A DNA stretch of 63,982 bases, filler included, from Basidiobolus ranarum (GCA_040143965.1; 3 parts of 3 records of this genome joined end to end with filler, not necessarily neighbours in it); one strand, 5' to 3'. Shown: positions 24,056-38,463, counted from the whole stretch's first letter. Made by a program: numbers and translations. The notes: a model not told the origin generated them from the sequence alone.

Positions 24056-27000
24056 GGTTGGTGTGATTTGGACTTCTCTTCAGCAAATATCTCAAGATGC
24101 ACAATCTTCATGACAAGCCGAAGATCGATCAATGTCCAAAAATCAATTGCCACGGCACCTCTTCTAAACGGCAAAGTTGCTTTGGTATAAGTAGTGGTGG
24201 GCTCGATCTTAGGAGCTTTGGTGGTGAGGTCAACATTTTCCTCTTTCACTTCTTTTGAGCCACTGAATGTTCTGGATACGGAGTTTGCAATTTCCAGTAA
24301 AAGCATGTACTGGGCTTGAGTAAGGCTCATCTTGATATCGGATATAGAGCCGGTTATCTGCAAGAGAATAAGAGTTATACATTTGCCGAAACACAAGAGT
24401 TAAAATAAATACACACCTCAGTGTCAGGCCTCTTGGAGTTTTTAAGATGCTCGCCGTAGATTGCATTTAACTCGATGTCAACATCATCAATGATTTGAAG
24501 GATTTGGTGCGATGCGTGCAAGAAATAAATAGACGACGTCAAGCGAATGTCTTTGATACGGAACCTAATGTTGTCAAGGGATTTCTCAATGGAATCAGGA
24601 TGATTTGTGAAGGTGTTGGTCATAGAGATTTCACCCAGATTTACATTGAGTGTATCTTTCGAATTCATCTTTTTGGGAAATACAAGTATAGGAGTTCGAA
24701 TTACGATATCGAAATGCATCCTCGAAACGCTTTGGTGCAATTGGGCCGCAGACTCCGCGGCTGCCTGTCGAGCGGTTTCAAAAAGTACGTGCATCTCAGT
24801 AAACTTACTGGTGAACTTGAGAAGATCCTGAATAGGTTTTTCTAAAAAGGTCATTCGCACAGAACCAACCCTTAAAAACACCGAAGAATCATATCCAGGG
24901 TATCCAACTTCATCTACTGGGAAGGTTTCGTACCGAAATACTGCCAACTCGTCGCTATGGATTGTAAATAGGGGACGGAAAGTATGAAGACTACCTTCCT
25001 GCTTAACATCATCAGTGACAGATATGTTCCCAAGTTTGGCCCCGACGCGTAGTCCACTCTGTTTCAGGAGCAAAGCCACATCACCACGAAGCAGCGAGAT
25101 GGTTGAGAGTCGAACACCATCATCATTTAGTATAAAGCTAATGCTATTCATTTTTGCAACGATCTTTGTTGTTGACGGAGGTGATTGATGTACTGATAGA
25201 GTATCGGTTTCCATCGCTGCTTCGGTAAGTTGAAGATTTGAGTTTGCTCGTGCTTCAGAGACGAAAGTAGTCAGCAAAAAATCGTGCAATGTCAAGATGC
25301 TTCGACTAGTAATGATCACATTAACTGAAGAAAAGGATAGCTCCAGGCTCTGATCTATACTCTCAAACTTGGATATATATTCGGGAGACTCTGGGCTCGC
25401 TTTTTTGTAAATGAATTGAACTAACTCTTGCTGACCGTCCACCCCATCAATATCTGATGTAACAATATGCTTGAAATTTGGATCTGAACTCATACAATCA
25501 TCGACATATAACGATCGAATGGTGACTGTGGCGTTCATGTCATATGGTTTTTGAGTGAATATCAGTGCAAAATTGTGTAGGTGCATATCAGCCAAGGAAG
25601 TTTCTGAATAGGGGTGCTGACTATCTGCTCTTCTTAAAGACGCTGATAATTTGTCAATCTCAAAAGTAAACTCGATCAACTTGCGGCTTGGATTGTTCAC
25701 GACAGCATTCTCCCCCTCTTGGATTTCCTCTGCGTCGAAAAACTCATCATCTCCGTCGTCGTCTCGAAAGATCTGACTTTCATTATCTTCACCGTATACG
25801 CTATATTGCTCACTAGATGATTCAGACATTAAATCCACTGGGTCCATATCCGAGAAAGGAATACCTATTATACTATGTCGATGAGTACCTGCTTGCCGCA
25901 ACGATGTCGCGGCTGCTTGGGGGACATTATCCTGTTGTGGACCCGCAATAATCTCCAATATGTGCATGATAGTTTTATACTTGGTATTCGAGATGTTGAT
26001 CTTTAATAATGGGAGCCTTCCAGAAATACGAAGCCCAGTAATATTTGGCGCTTTCGGGATGATAGAAACATCTACGAGGAACGACATGTTTATTCGATCC
26101 AGCACCCAATAATTATCCTTATCTTCCAAGTTGACGTTCTGAATCATTTCAAGACACGCATCTACAGATTGACCAACAAGAACCTTTCAGTTATTGTAAT
26201 CAAGCGTCAGTCGAAAGATTTAGTGACATAATTAGCAATAGAACACTTACCTGCACAGAAGACATCTCGACTAGAAAACGATCGTATAATAAATTCTCAA
26301 GCTTCGGGTTGTTCTCCAAGCTGAAACTTGGTCCAAGTGCCTCCTCTAGCTCTATTTTTTGCTCTTTACTTACTAGCTTGCTTTGAACAGTAATGTGTCC
26401 AGAGTCAAATACAACAATATGGGCTTTGGGGTCTGTAGGACTGGGAAACACTGTAATTTAGCAAAATGTGAAATCTGAAGAGACTACGTGCAACGCATAC
26501 CTTTCCGGAAAAATAAATATAGGAGCATTAATATCGATACTCACATCCAATGTTTTATGCTCTTCCAGAGCATATTTTATTCCAGCTCTAGTCTGTTGTG
26601 TAAGCCCATCCAAAGTGTTCCCAGCCGCTTCCTATAGCATCAATTAATTTCATCTAGTCTTTATGATTTCAATAGAATAAACCAGTTACCATCAATGCAG
26701 TCATAGATTCCATTTGAGATACAGGCGGCTTAAAGAATCTCATGATAGTTTCAATAGCGCACTGATTGTATATAACCTCTAGATATCTCATTTTACTCGA
26801 TCGTGCATCATCAGCTCGATTATCCAACGGGTTATGTTCAAAAACAAGTCGAAAGAAAGGATTTCGTGAAGGGTTTTGAAGGCCTAGTGTCGGTGCGTTT
26901 GTGTTAAGGCATTCGTGTTCAATAAGTACTTCGTTGATGCTATCATCCTCCGAATCCTCAACTCTCATTAGGAGAGGATATAGCGTACCCTTAGTGGTAC

Positions 27001-29177
27001 CGTCATATAAATTTAATCCATGCAAAGAGATGGCACATTTAAATGAATCAGGTCGATTTAAAAATTCCATGGTAACTGTGTCAAAGACGAGTGAAGCGAT
27101 AGAATGGTTTTTACTATGTGGGGACTCCTTCAAGGCTAAAGAGCCGGTTTTGATTTGTGTTGTCAACGACAATATTACACATTCTTCTGAAATTTCAAAA
27201 GCTGACTCCGGTTGTGACTCATCAAAATCAATAGTTGCTAGTAGCTCTTGTTTCTGCTCATCTGTTAAGATTTCAGTTTCTTCTTCAGTAGGTTTCTCGC
27301 TTGACCAGCCTCCAAACCAACCTCCAAACCAGCCACTTGGCTGCTCCTTTTGTTGTTGCTTAGCCAAGAGCGCCTTCTCTTTCTTCATTTTGGACTTGGC
27401 TAGAAACCTGTACATTCGGATATCCTCGAAAGATAGGCTCCACTCTAGATCGTGCAATTCCTCTTCGCCTTCAAGATCTAGACGATTCAACTTTGAATCA
27501 ATGTAAAGCTTTACATAGTTATTCCTCTGCCCACGCCTCTCTGCAAAATACTCCCATGTCCACCGACGATTACGCGCTTTAATTTCGGAAAGTACGCACC
27601 TGATGGCGTATTGAAACCAGGCTCGTGGATTCTCTTTTGGAAGGACGTGTCTCGGAGGATCATAACTACGATACATCTTTTGACGCGCCGAATACTCAAA
27701 TAAATCAGCTACCAGTAGGATGTCGCGGTACTGTTCATTATCTAAAGTAAATCCAAATTCCTCAAAGAGTAACAAAGCAATATTTTTAGGTACGTCCTCG
27801 CTGAAGGTTTTATTCAGCATAAGCTGGAAAAATGCAGATAGAAGGCTTAAATAAGTATGTTTTTCCTTTTGAAAAGTAAGAACTGGAAAATCGTCAATAC
27901 CCGACCAACACCGCTCACTGGTTTCAGGATAAACTGATGTTTCAACTGTTGATTTTTGTCGGATGCAATCTGAGTGATATAAATATTAGTTGGTATATAC
28001 GTTCAGAATTGTATATTAAGCTCGGTGTTATAAACTAACCATTTTTGTGAAAGCATCAATAAGCTCCGAGTATGATTTCCCAGCAAACGTCTCGATCTTT
28101 GTATTCCAGTAGATGGCTAAAGACTCGAGCTTCAGAAGCTTAAATTGTGACATTAAAAATCAATTATATGCTGTATGCCGCGTGCAATAAATTAAGTTGC
28201 TTGGTACCTTGTGAACTTTCTCGAACGACTGATCAATAAATACTTCTTGCCAGTTCTCGTTTGTTGAAATGGCAGAAAGTCCGGAGAGAGTCATACCAAA
28301 AGCGAACGGGTGCTTTATATTAAAGTCTGATCAGTAATTGCGTGGATTTGTCGGGATAAGACTAGCATACCTTGGGGTTGCTGGTTTTGTCTTCATATCG
28401 GATGTGTATATTGTTGATTGAAACTTGTAGGTTGTCCACTATTTTTGTCACCAACTGCATTGTAAATGACATTGATTTGAAGTCTTCTAGCTCAAATGAG
28501 ATTTGAAAGTCGTTTAGTTTGCTGTCTGAACTGGATAATTAAGAAATCCTAGGAATACCTGCGGAATCGGCCTGCTTAGATTGTGCATTAAGGGCTTCAT
28601 AAGAATCTAAGCGATGTTGTTTCAATGCTTGCTCTCTGTTTTCTTCTTCCTCTGGATCATACTTCGTTTGGGTTAATTCGAGTTGCAAAAATCAGCTGTA
28701 TTGAAAGAATTACCGAATCCTCTCCTCTGGGTACCGCCAATAGATATACATTATTTATAGAAACACGAACTGGTTGATTTTTCAGATTTTTCCAAGGAAT
28801 TTTCAGCGTTAATTCACCCAAGTAACCTAAATGTAACGTTCATCAAATGGTGTAGATCAGTACGCTAAGTACTAACTTTTAGAAATCGATCAAAATGAGA
28901 GAATTTCTTCCATTTCTTTACCTTCTAATACATTTACAGGTAGATTGAGTTTATCTAAAGCTTCTTTTCTTAGTCTCAACCCTCTTAAAACAACATCTCC
29001 TAGAGAATTTTGAAAACAAAAAGCATGAGTTGGCATGTACTTGATTTCCCACCATTCTGCAAAAGGCTAATGTTATCTACCTTGCCAAATCCCGATGCCT
29101 AATTGAGTCGTTTCCAAATTAGTCACATAACTTCCTAAAAATTTGTTTAAAATGTTTGCGACTATTGTCTCAAACAT
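24056..29177 (-). CDS. VPS13: Vacuolar protein sorting Vps13 (chorein-N bridge lipid-transfer protein), 5' part only, truncated at contig end
   Basis: Spliced N-terminus [101 protein letters not shown]. Confidence 0.95.
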
Positions 29178-32100
29178 CTGGGTCGATTGGAAGTAGGTTT
29201 TGACAACACTTTCTCTTTGGCTAGCTAAAAATATTCGAGGTCGAAAGAGTTGCCTTACAGCTTTCAGAAGGTGGATTGAAACTTTACTATAGAATCAATT
29301 ATGCGTTTACTTTTTGACGAACCCAGTCATTTGTTGGATATGATATTTGTGTACCATCGGTTTCATTCCCCCTCTTCTCCTTCTCTTTTGATAAAAGCTA
29401 ATTTAAAATTAAATAGAGCACGAATATCCAAATGAAGCAATGCGCATGCATTAAAACCCATTTGCCAGTCTCCCAAGCCACTCACCCTTAATTACAATCA
29501 GTGAATTTGGCATTATTATATACTCGGCCATTACAAGTTGCATATTTAGTAGTGTGATTACAAGCCGAGCATCTAGTGGTATGAATTGTAGCAATAGATT
29601 CTATTAACAGGCCATACCTACACATAAGAAAAGGACTCGTACTTCAATTTGTTTAGATCAACACTCTCTTTCACGTTATCTCAGCTCTGCCATGTGCAGG
29701 AACGTTAAATGGATTATGTAACAGCACACACCTGGCAGGTCATGCCAATGCTCTATCACCCCCCCCTATCTGCTTAACGTACCAACCCCTAGCATTTACC
29801 ATAACTCTTTTGAGGAAGAGCCAAGAGAAACATCAATATGTTTGACCGGGGGCTATGTATTATAAGCAGTAGAGATTTTGCATACATATTGAATGTGAAT
29901 TTGTCAGTCTCAATTTTAATATACCTAGTAGTGGAATGATCTGTGCCAACCCACTGCCTCTAGATAAAATTTACCTTCCAGTGTCCAGTTTACTACTTCC
30001 AATTTGAACAAATATCTGTTTGATAATGAAAGGTAACTGATGAAAGATAGTGAACGGTCACGTGCTGCCAGTTATATTCCACCCCAAAAGTCATCTAATT
30101 CACTCGAATTATTGCACCAGAGTAAGCTAATCCATGTAATCTAAGAACGGATGTGCGACATGAATTAGATTACTCATTTGGCAAACTCACGTTCCACCAA
30201 TCATTGACTAGGTTTTTTTATGACATGTCTCGAAAACAGTGTTAAAGGCGTAGAAAAGTTATCTGGTTTCGTTCTGGATACAATCGAATATGCATCATTT
30301 AAAATGAAAGTCTATTATTAAATTCGCATGGATATTGAGCTTATCTTGTACGTATATCTCTATTTCCTTGGTTACAAATTAAGCGGCAAATGCTATTGAT
30401 ATTGAACCAGGGCTTGAACGCATAGAGCAATATTCCGATGTTTGAATTTATATTTGTAACATGTCTAGATTTGACAGATTCTAGTTCTTTGAAAAGCCTT
30501 AATCAGAGGTAAAAAGGAAAATGGATATTGAGGGCAAGCAGGTGTTACTAGCCATGAGTTATTTAGAGACCCTGACATTATTTTACCAAGGAGTCGCCTC
30601 ACCATAAGAAGCTGAGTTAGAAAATCAGATCTAAATAAGCAAACTGAAGAATACAACTTTCCCCACTGCTGGCCCTCCTTTGGAATAGATACGTAAACAA
30701 CAATACAATCTAAATGAAACAAGGTCATGTCTACCTCGCCTTGTTTTATGGCAACCTTTCCCAGAATATGTCTCTAAGAATATTTGCATTGTACCCGTTT
30801 CGTAAAGTCACATCCATTCTACAACGGCTCAATCATCATTACCCAGGAACACAAGGGGGAACTTGGCTCAGCGAATCCCAGGTGGCTGGAGACTAGTTTG
30901 AAAATACTAGCAAAGGCCTCATAAATAGTACAGAGTGTCTTGTAGCTCAGTAGAGAGTATCTCTTAGATGTCTTGAGGTATGGGCGGCAAAGTAGATCCA
31001 GATATTGTGATGAGCACATACCATGAAGGTTTGAGCAAAATACATCATCTGCCTTCAATGGATCTGTTCCATAGAACTGTTTCACCACAAATTAGAAACT
31101 AGCATAGCCAATTGGAATGACTCGTGAATTTAGAATTTGGTATCAGCTAACAAGTACACATTGACCCCTAGCTTCCTTCCCCAAGGCTCATCCCAAACTC
31201 CCGCTTGAATCCATTTCAAAAACAGTAATTCAAGTTGATGTGGATTTGTAAGCGATGACGTCCCAGATTCGGATCGACAACCTCTTATAGAATTGAATGT
31301 CTACAGATCGTTCGATGAAGCCCATTAGTAGATGGAGTCTTGAATACTCTATATTGATGTCTTACTGTACTGGCTGAGTGCCATTTTAGGAAATTAAGTT
31401 GTAGCTTTAATCCATGTTATCGCGATCGTTACTAAAGGTTGATGGGTAATTTCCTCATTTATCGAATACAAATCTAACCTGTGCATGCATCAATACCCGT
31501 CAACGATTCTTGTTGAACCGGAATCGCATCATCTTTGGTGGATATGAATAATCAGGCTACCGACACCGCATTCCCGCTCCCAATTCACCCGAAGTAACGA
31601 CAAAACTTTTCTTTATTTACATGATTCAAATGTGTGTGAGTTTCCTTTCCATCAACAATAGACCGTTCTAGGAAACTCGGGGAATTATGAGAGTTGTCAG
31701 CATAAATGTGGTTCAGCTGTTGGATAGTGTTTACTATGTAACTATGGCGTTCTGGCTCTACTTCCTCAGATTCAGGTGAGCTATACTCGGTCGAAAATAG
31801 CCCTGAGAAATAGAAATTCAATAAAAGTAATGGAGGCGTAATTGTAGAAGCATTATAAATGTGTTGTTTTTTAAAGATCCAAATTTACGTGCTACCGTTG
31901 TTGATAGAGATAAATGGAAATGACTATTGGTTGAGATAAGTGTCACATTCACGGTCAAGGGAAAAGTGCTGGCCTGAAGATACGCCCATTTAGTGTGGAG
32001 ATAGCCCTCTTCCCTTTCGCCAGTAAACCTTGAAAGAAAGCAGAAATAGCGAAGATTCATAAATTATAGGGCAAAACATAGGATGTTCAGTGTTGGAGTA

Positions 32101-32278
32101 GAGAGTAAATATATAGAGCGACGACATGTAAGAATGGTAATGTTCAAGTCGGATGAAGAGTTTGTGTGAAAAAATATCGATATATCAGTCCTACTTTGGG
32201 ATTGCTTGCGAGAACTACAGTGTTTCCAGAAAAAAGCATGTGTAGCGCTCTTTGCATGTACATGTATCTGACAAAATA

Positions 32279-33251
32279 TTAAGGAATTACTGGTCCTTCA
32301 GGAGAGTTAGTATTTGAAACAGGACTCATCGGTTGTAAACCTTGAGGGGAAGATTGAAATAAATCGGATGGTTGCTTATTCGGCGCTTCTGTATTCTTAA
32401 TTTGGATGGAATTCCAAAATGATCTACTATCCATAGATGGCACGTCTGTCACCGGAGTAGTAGTAACAGTGTGTAAAGAGTATTTATCCGGGGTGGAATG
32501 ACTATCTACGCTGACTGGTTTGGAGTGCGTAGAGCGACGGGAATGTGATGAAGTGCCAGTGTAAGGAGAGTATCGGTTGACTTTTCGTACAGATTTGGAT
32601 AGGTGACTGAATAGTTCTCCGCAGGAGGCAATTAAGGGAGGACGGGACTCTGTTGTGCAAATATAATTACTAAGCAAAGTAGACCAGCGAAAAAATGCAG
32701 CAACAGGTACGAAAAGATTATAGTCAATTAACCGAAGGAACGCTAACTCTACAGAATTCATTTCAGCTAAAGGAGTTTTGGTGAGTCTGGCCCAGATACA
32801 ATTCTTAGGATATTTATCTAGCAGAAACTTCCCGGCAACCATAAGGGCGGCAATAAACATACGACGTCCACATTTCGCAAAATTAAACGAACCACCTTTA
32901 CTTTCATAGTTACCGGCAATTTTAATACGCAATAGATACAGTAAGGCAATCTGCAAAGTGACGATAGACACTTTGGATTCTCGAAGGGTTTGAACGAGAA
33001 AAGGTTTCAAAGGGGTTAGAATGATTGTTTTACATATTGAGTGGCTAGGCCATATAGATTCAATGATAGAGGCAGCTGCGTCTGTAAATTAACAAAACCA
33101 GTCAAAGAAAGACTAATGTAAGTAAGCTCCGGTTGTTGTTTGAGGAATAAACAACTAGAACCATTCACTAACCGATTAGCCCGTGTGAGATTTTCCTTCG
33201 AAACGGTGGTGTTATAGTCGCATTTGACTGTTGAAGTGAATGAACGTCCAT
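32279..33251 (-). CDS. Pho80/Pcl-family cyclin (Pcl5/Pas1-like), 2 exons
   Basis: ATG 33251, intron 33172-33082, then DAAASIIESIWP..TLQIALLYLLR..CGRRMFIAALMVAGKFL..ELAFLRLIDYNLFV cyclin box. Confidence 0.85.
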
Positions 33252-34419
33252 TCGCGATGAAGGAATAGCCGTTCTACTATCTAAATGCAACAATAATAAG
33301 GATAAAGAGAGTGTGGTAAGTATATAATATACTGCACTATGAGAAAGGAGTATGACAGCCAAAATAAGTTGATATGAGGCAATGGTTCATCCATGAGGGA
33401 AAAGGCCTACTCTGAACAATCCTGATGATATATTGCATTTACAACCCAAGAAAATCCAGTTTCCCACCTATGGTTTAAGGATCAAGTTGTGAGCCAGGTA
33501 AACGCATATAATAATGAGGGTCTGCACTCAGATTGGCTGCTGTTGTATCTTAATAAACCTCGAGAAGAGTATCACCTCCACCTACTTTTGGAACGGTGGG
33601 GATGAGAGAATTGATGACTAATAGAGAGCTCACATTAGTGATTGGCTATTCTCGCCTGGCTAGCAAACTTGAGTAATCTAGGTTCCGATTGTGTATAGCG
33701 ATAAAAACGCGAATATCACCAAACAATCCCAAAACTAATAAGATCACTGGAGTGGCATTGAGATCGAAAGTTTCACCATATATGGAGCCTTTGGCCAATC
33801 TAAAGGCATGGTACATATGCATTGTAGAGCATTGTAGAAGCAGCTCAAGACAGCCATCGGTGAAACAGGCCTCAAGATATGGAAGCACACTAATTATCCA
33901 ACAAAGACCTGGTATGCAGTACGAGATATCTATTCCCTACGATGAGTGCCGGTTTGCCTAGGTCTGAAGTGTGGCTATCTCACCATCATCACTGCAACCT
34001 TGTAGCATATTTTGCGGAGATTGTAATAAACATCACTGTTGTCGTATATTGACTAATTGATTCAAGCAGATCAAGCCTTTCCAAATGGGGCATATGGATA
34101 TACTATTGGATAATGATGCTTAAATCGGAATGGTCACAGGATTTGGTCCATCAGCCAAACTGATTCCGCTCTTACGTCCATGTCCTTATTATTAATCTAT
34201 CATGCAATGGCAGATGCACGATGGAGGGTGTTGTGGCTCAATCCAAGAGTATTTCCGAATTACTAATTCCAAGCCTCGATTACTAAGCTGATGATCAGTC
34301 TCTCTTATTGAGGCTCAAAAATGCTTGGAATATCCATGAAAATGAGACAATGGCAGTTACGGATTGGCGCGTTGTGCACCGGGGGCTGGGTATATCAGGA
34401 ATCTAAGTTTGGGTAACAA

Positions 34420-34960
34420 AATCCGGTAAGGCTACGACTATCGGTTACCATGAGGTATTGAGAGTAGGTGTTTGTGCAAGTATTTAGGTACAAATGGGGA
34501 TCCAGAGCTCTGAACAAGTTAGTTTATCTTACTTTCAAATCTATTACTCGTACTTGAGCCAACCTCAAGAGTGATCGATCTTCGAGATCATGATTCTTTA
34601 GAGAGTGCTCGTGCGACGGTAGCCAGCTCTGTTGTGAAACTCGATGAAGTCAAGATAAAAGGCGTGCTCTCCCCTAGACTACAGCTACTGAAACATGTCA
34701 TGTTGAGATTTCCATGCCGCTGTTCATTGGATCCTAAAGCAAATGTGTATTGCATATATCCACTCCATTGATGATTACTTTTGCGGCTTAGTCGCCATTC
34801 TCCTGCATCTCCCTACCTGAGAGCCAGACAAACCCTTAGAACGTCTGGTCAAAACACATCAGAAACCTCCCGACGAGTACACCAAAGATGTAGTAAATAT
34901 ATGGAAACAATGGGTGAAAACAAGGAATACTGATCTCGATTACATCTGGAGCACCGGCTA
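34420..34960 (+). pseudogene. Possible decayed short-chain dehydrogenase/reductase relic
   Basis: Fragments in SDR order: GKATTIGY (34425), putative intron 34518-34569, IDLRDHDSLESARATVASSVVKLD, KPPDEYTKDVVN..YIWSTG. Interrupted by stops and frameshifts. Motif recall only. Confidence 0.3.
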
Positions 34961-35857
34961 AATTTGCTACTTTGAGACTCCTTCGTCACCACTCCATCAT
35001 CATTGCAACGCCCACAATTCCCGTAAGCTAACAATGCTTGATCATCAGCCTAGTTACATGTAGTACTAATCAGGCCACCACATTGATGCAGCTCTAGGAG
35101 AGCGGCTTTGTAGACTGACACGAACAAATATGATTACCCCAGATATTTTCTGAAACAGGATTCAATCATCTAAAGAATAACCCGATGTCTGTTAGGCAGA
35201 ATCAAAGTAGCGAATTGTGACGCCTCAGCTTATTCATTGAAATATGAAGCAAGTCATTGACGTGGATTCTAACATCACTTACCATACATGAGTGCATTCT
35301 TGCTGTTTAGAAAATACCGCATCGGGTCATATTCGAGTCAGTTATACCAGAATTATGTCTTCTGGATACAGAAATTCATTCTTTTCGGCTTCGGGTATTT
35401 ATGAGTGGTATCACTAGTGTTGCTTTGTTACGACATGCAAGTGTTGAGCATGTTATTTGTTGCTCGTGAGTGATTTTTTTTTGACAATACTAGGTGGAAG
35501 TGAGAGCCAATAGGATTCCAATAAAAGAATCACTGAAATTTCAAAATTTTCAGAAAAATCTTTACAGGGATAACCGAAGTAGTGCCTTAAATTATTCGGA
35601 AACCGACCTGACAGATTCCTCTCTCCTGCCGTAGCTCGGAATTTGTTTCCTTTAGAAAGGTCAGTTGATTCAATATGTAATTATTGGATGGATTTCCGAT
35701 AATGTGAAGGAATAGAGACATACATAAATCATCCAACTGCTTTCGTGATACATCCATACATCCTCTACTGGATACATCAATCCTTATTAGTGATATATAC
35801 ATGAGTAATAAACTAACGGCTTGTCTATCAATTCTTTGAACTAGTTACTTTGCCAAC

Positions 35858-36298
35858 ATGCTTATCTCCAAGCAAAACAGAAAGGTCATCTACGAGAGCC
35901 TCTTCAAGGAGGGCGTCATGGTCGCCAAGAAGGATTTCAACGCCCCTAAGCATGATGAACTCGAAGTTCCTAACCTTCAAGTCATCAAGGCCATGCAATC
36001 CCTCAACTCTCGTGGTTACGTAAAGACTCAGTTCTCGTGGCAACACTATTACTATTTCCTCACTAACGAGGGAATCGAATATCTCCGTGAATTCCTTCAT
36101 TTGCCCGCTGAGATCGTTCCTGCCACCATGAAGAAGACCGCCAAGCCCGTTGGTATTCGTCCCCGTCAAGATGGTGATCGTCCATTCCGTGGTCCCCGTG
36201 GTGATCGTGAAGGTTACAGACGTCGTGATGACGGTGCCAAGAAAGAAGGTGCCTCAGGTGACTTCAAGCCTGAGTTCCGTGGTCGTCGTCAAGAATAA
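35858..36298 (+). CDS. RPS10: 40S ribosomal protein S10 (eS10)
   Basis: [68 protein letters not shown]; probable 5'UTR intron 35660-35844. Confidence 0.97.
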   Translation: MLISKQNRKVIYESLFKEGVMVAKKDFNAPKHDELEVPNLQVIKAMQSLNSRGYVKTQFSWQHYYYFLTNEGIEYLREFLHLPAEIVPATMKKTAKPVGIRPRQDGDRPFRGPRGDREGYRRRDDGAKKEGASGDFKPEFRGRRQE

Positions 36299-36932
36299 GC
36301 ATTTATTTCTGAATTTCTATTTCTTGGGAATAAAAACCTACTTTTATCTGTTCATTAGCTCTCAACCTTTATACTTGGAAGATTTTCCCTCAATTCCTAC
36401 GTTCCTCAGTGAATCCTCGTTGGATACATTCAATCATCCACTTCGGACTCAGGATATCCATGTATGATATGTTTTGTTTTCAAAAAAATCGAGGATTCAC
36501 TGTTCAACTTCATGTCCATCATCCTTCTGAACTGTTATATGTTGAAGCAGTGCCTCAAAATGTATATTATTATTGAGGAGCAAGGTATAGGGATGATGAG
36601 TATCGAGAAAATCATCGGTATCTACCAACTTTTGGTATACTCTGGCTATTTCACTTTAATATATTATATGTTGTGTTCGCAATATTTGATGGGCTGCATT
36701 CTGAAGCAAATCATACTGGAATGTCATTTTCTATAAACAGTTGATGATTTTTAACTGATCAGTAGTAGTCATATCTTCGTTGTTGGTCGATATTCAGTAG
36801 ATTTAAGACTCATATGATCAAAAACTACGTGTGCATATCCACTGTAGCACAATCACTCAGAAGTGCTTTTATTTTGTCTTTAACTTATAAAACCTTTGTC
36901 AAAACTAGGTTTTTGCTCTTAATAAACTTCAC

Positions 36933-38071
36933 ATGTCCAAGATTTTATGCTTCGGTTCAGTAAATATTGATACCATTTACTTTTTACCGGGTCAATTAGT
37001 CATTGGTGAAACGGTTTCTTCCTCTCGTCAATTTATTGGGGCAGGTGGAAAAGGTGCAAATCAATGTGCTGCTTTAGCTAAGGTATTTTCCATTATCCTC
37101 AACTATATCTTTTAAAACCTATCCTCAAGTGGCGTACGGACTAATAAAGGCAGGTGCCGCTGTTTATATGAGTGGTAAAATTGGAAAAGATGGAACTTGG
37201 ATCAAAGAAAAATTGAGTTTGTTGGGTGCAAATACAGATTTACTTCTGGAGAGCGAAACAGAAGTAAGGTCAACTAGTACCTGTGGAATCTACCTCCCTT
37301 TTGTCTCAAATATTTTGTATCTTCTTTCGTTGTAGAGTACTGGACGCACTGTAATTATGAACAGTATTTCAAGTAGAGAAAATACGGTTGTGTTTTATCC
37401 GGGAACCAATTATGACCTGACAAAGGAAGATATTGAACAAACATTCAATCACTTCCATAGGGGTGACTGGCTTTTACTACAAGACGAGGTGAATTTGGGA
37501 AATGAAATAATTATTTTAGGAAAGAAGAAAGGTAACTCTAGTCTACTTTATTATCTTCATGAGCCTTATTTTGATCACTCTACTCGCAGGTATGACCATA
37601 GTCTTCAATCCCGCACCTATCAATAGAGAGATTACACAGCTCTACCCGTTCAATTTAGTTGATATTCTCATACTTAATGAGATTGAAGCGCGAGGCCTCT
37701 ATTTTGAAATCACGAAAGAAGAGCTTGGTTCTTTGTCGTATGGGACATTGATAGAGATATGTCATAATCGATATCCAAATTTACGTGGTATAGTTATTAC
37801 CTTAGGTAGTGATGGCGTAATTGCTGATTTTAAAATGCCACCCTATGGGACCTCTCAAATGTTTGCTATACCTGCTATTAAGACAGATGTAATAGATACT
37901 ACTGCAGCTGGTGATACTTTTATTGGGTTTTTTGTGGCAGCATTGATAAAAAGTGGAATGCGTGATATTGAAGAGGCTCTAATACAAGGAGTAAAAGCTG
38001 CCTCTATAACTGTTAGTAGAGAGGGAGCAATGGACACTATTCCCAAACTTGAAGAATTGAAAAAGGAATAA
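36933..38071 (+). CDS. RBK1: Ribokinase (PfkB family), 4 exons
   Basis: GSVNID, GGKGANQ, FNPAP, LNEIEA, ITLGSDG and DTTAAGDTFIG motifs spread over spliced ORFs. Confidence 0.88.
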
Positions 38072-38463
38072 GTTGATTAGTACTCATGTATCTTTCAAAT
38101 ATTCAAGCTTTGGCGATAATAAAAATACAAAATTCTTGAGTAAACAAATTCGCTAAGCTTTAAGAATGTATGGGTCAGTAATATTGATGTACGAAGTGTA
38201 TCTAGCAATATTGCCTACAAAATACCGTATTGTTTGGAAGTTTTTGATTATGATTAATCAAATCGAATGACCAAGATACTCTGAAATGTATAGATTTACA
38301 TATTGAACCGCAAGAAATGTGACTTAAATAACTCAACCGATGCTACAAACTAAACCGAATCAAATCAAAAAAATAATCAATTGATTGGGATTAATAAAAT
38401 AAGCAGATACTGAAAACATCGATCTTTCTCTCCCAGAAGCCTTCTTTAACTTCGATTAGACAA

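Noticed and set aside
26901-27506. 201-aa plus-strand ORF and similar antisense or overlapping ORFs (e.g. 2425-2796, 14445-14900, 35828-36169, 58599-58889)
   Set aside because: Shadow ORFs of real genes with no independent coding signal
30465-31088. Two same-frame minus-strand ORFs separated by two TAG stops
   Set aside because: No recognisable domain; readthrough or recoding is unsupported
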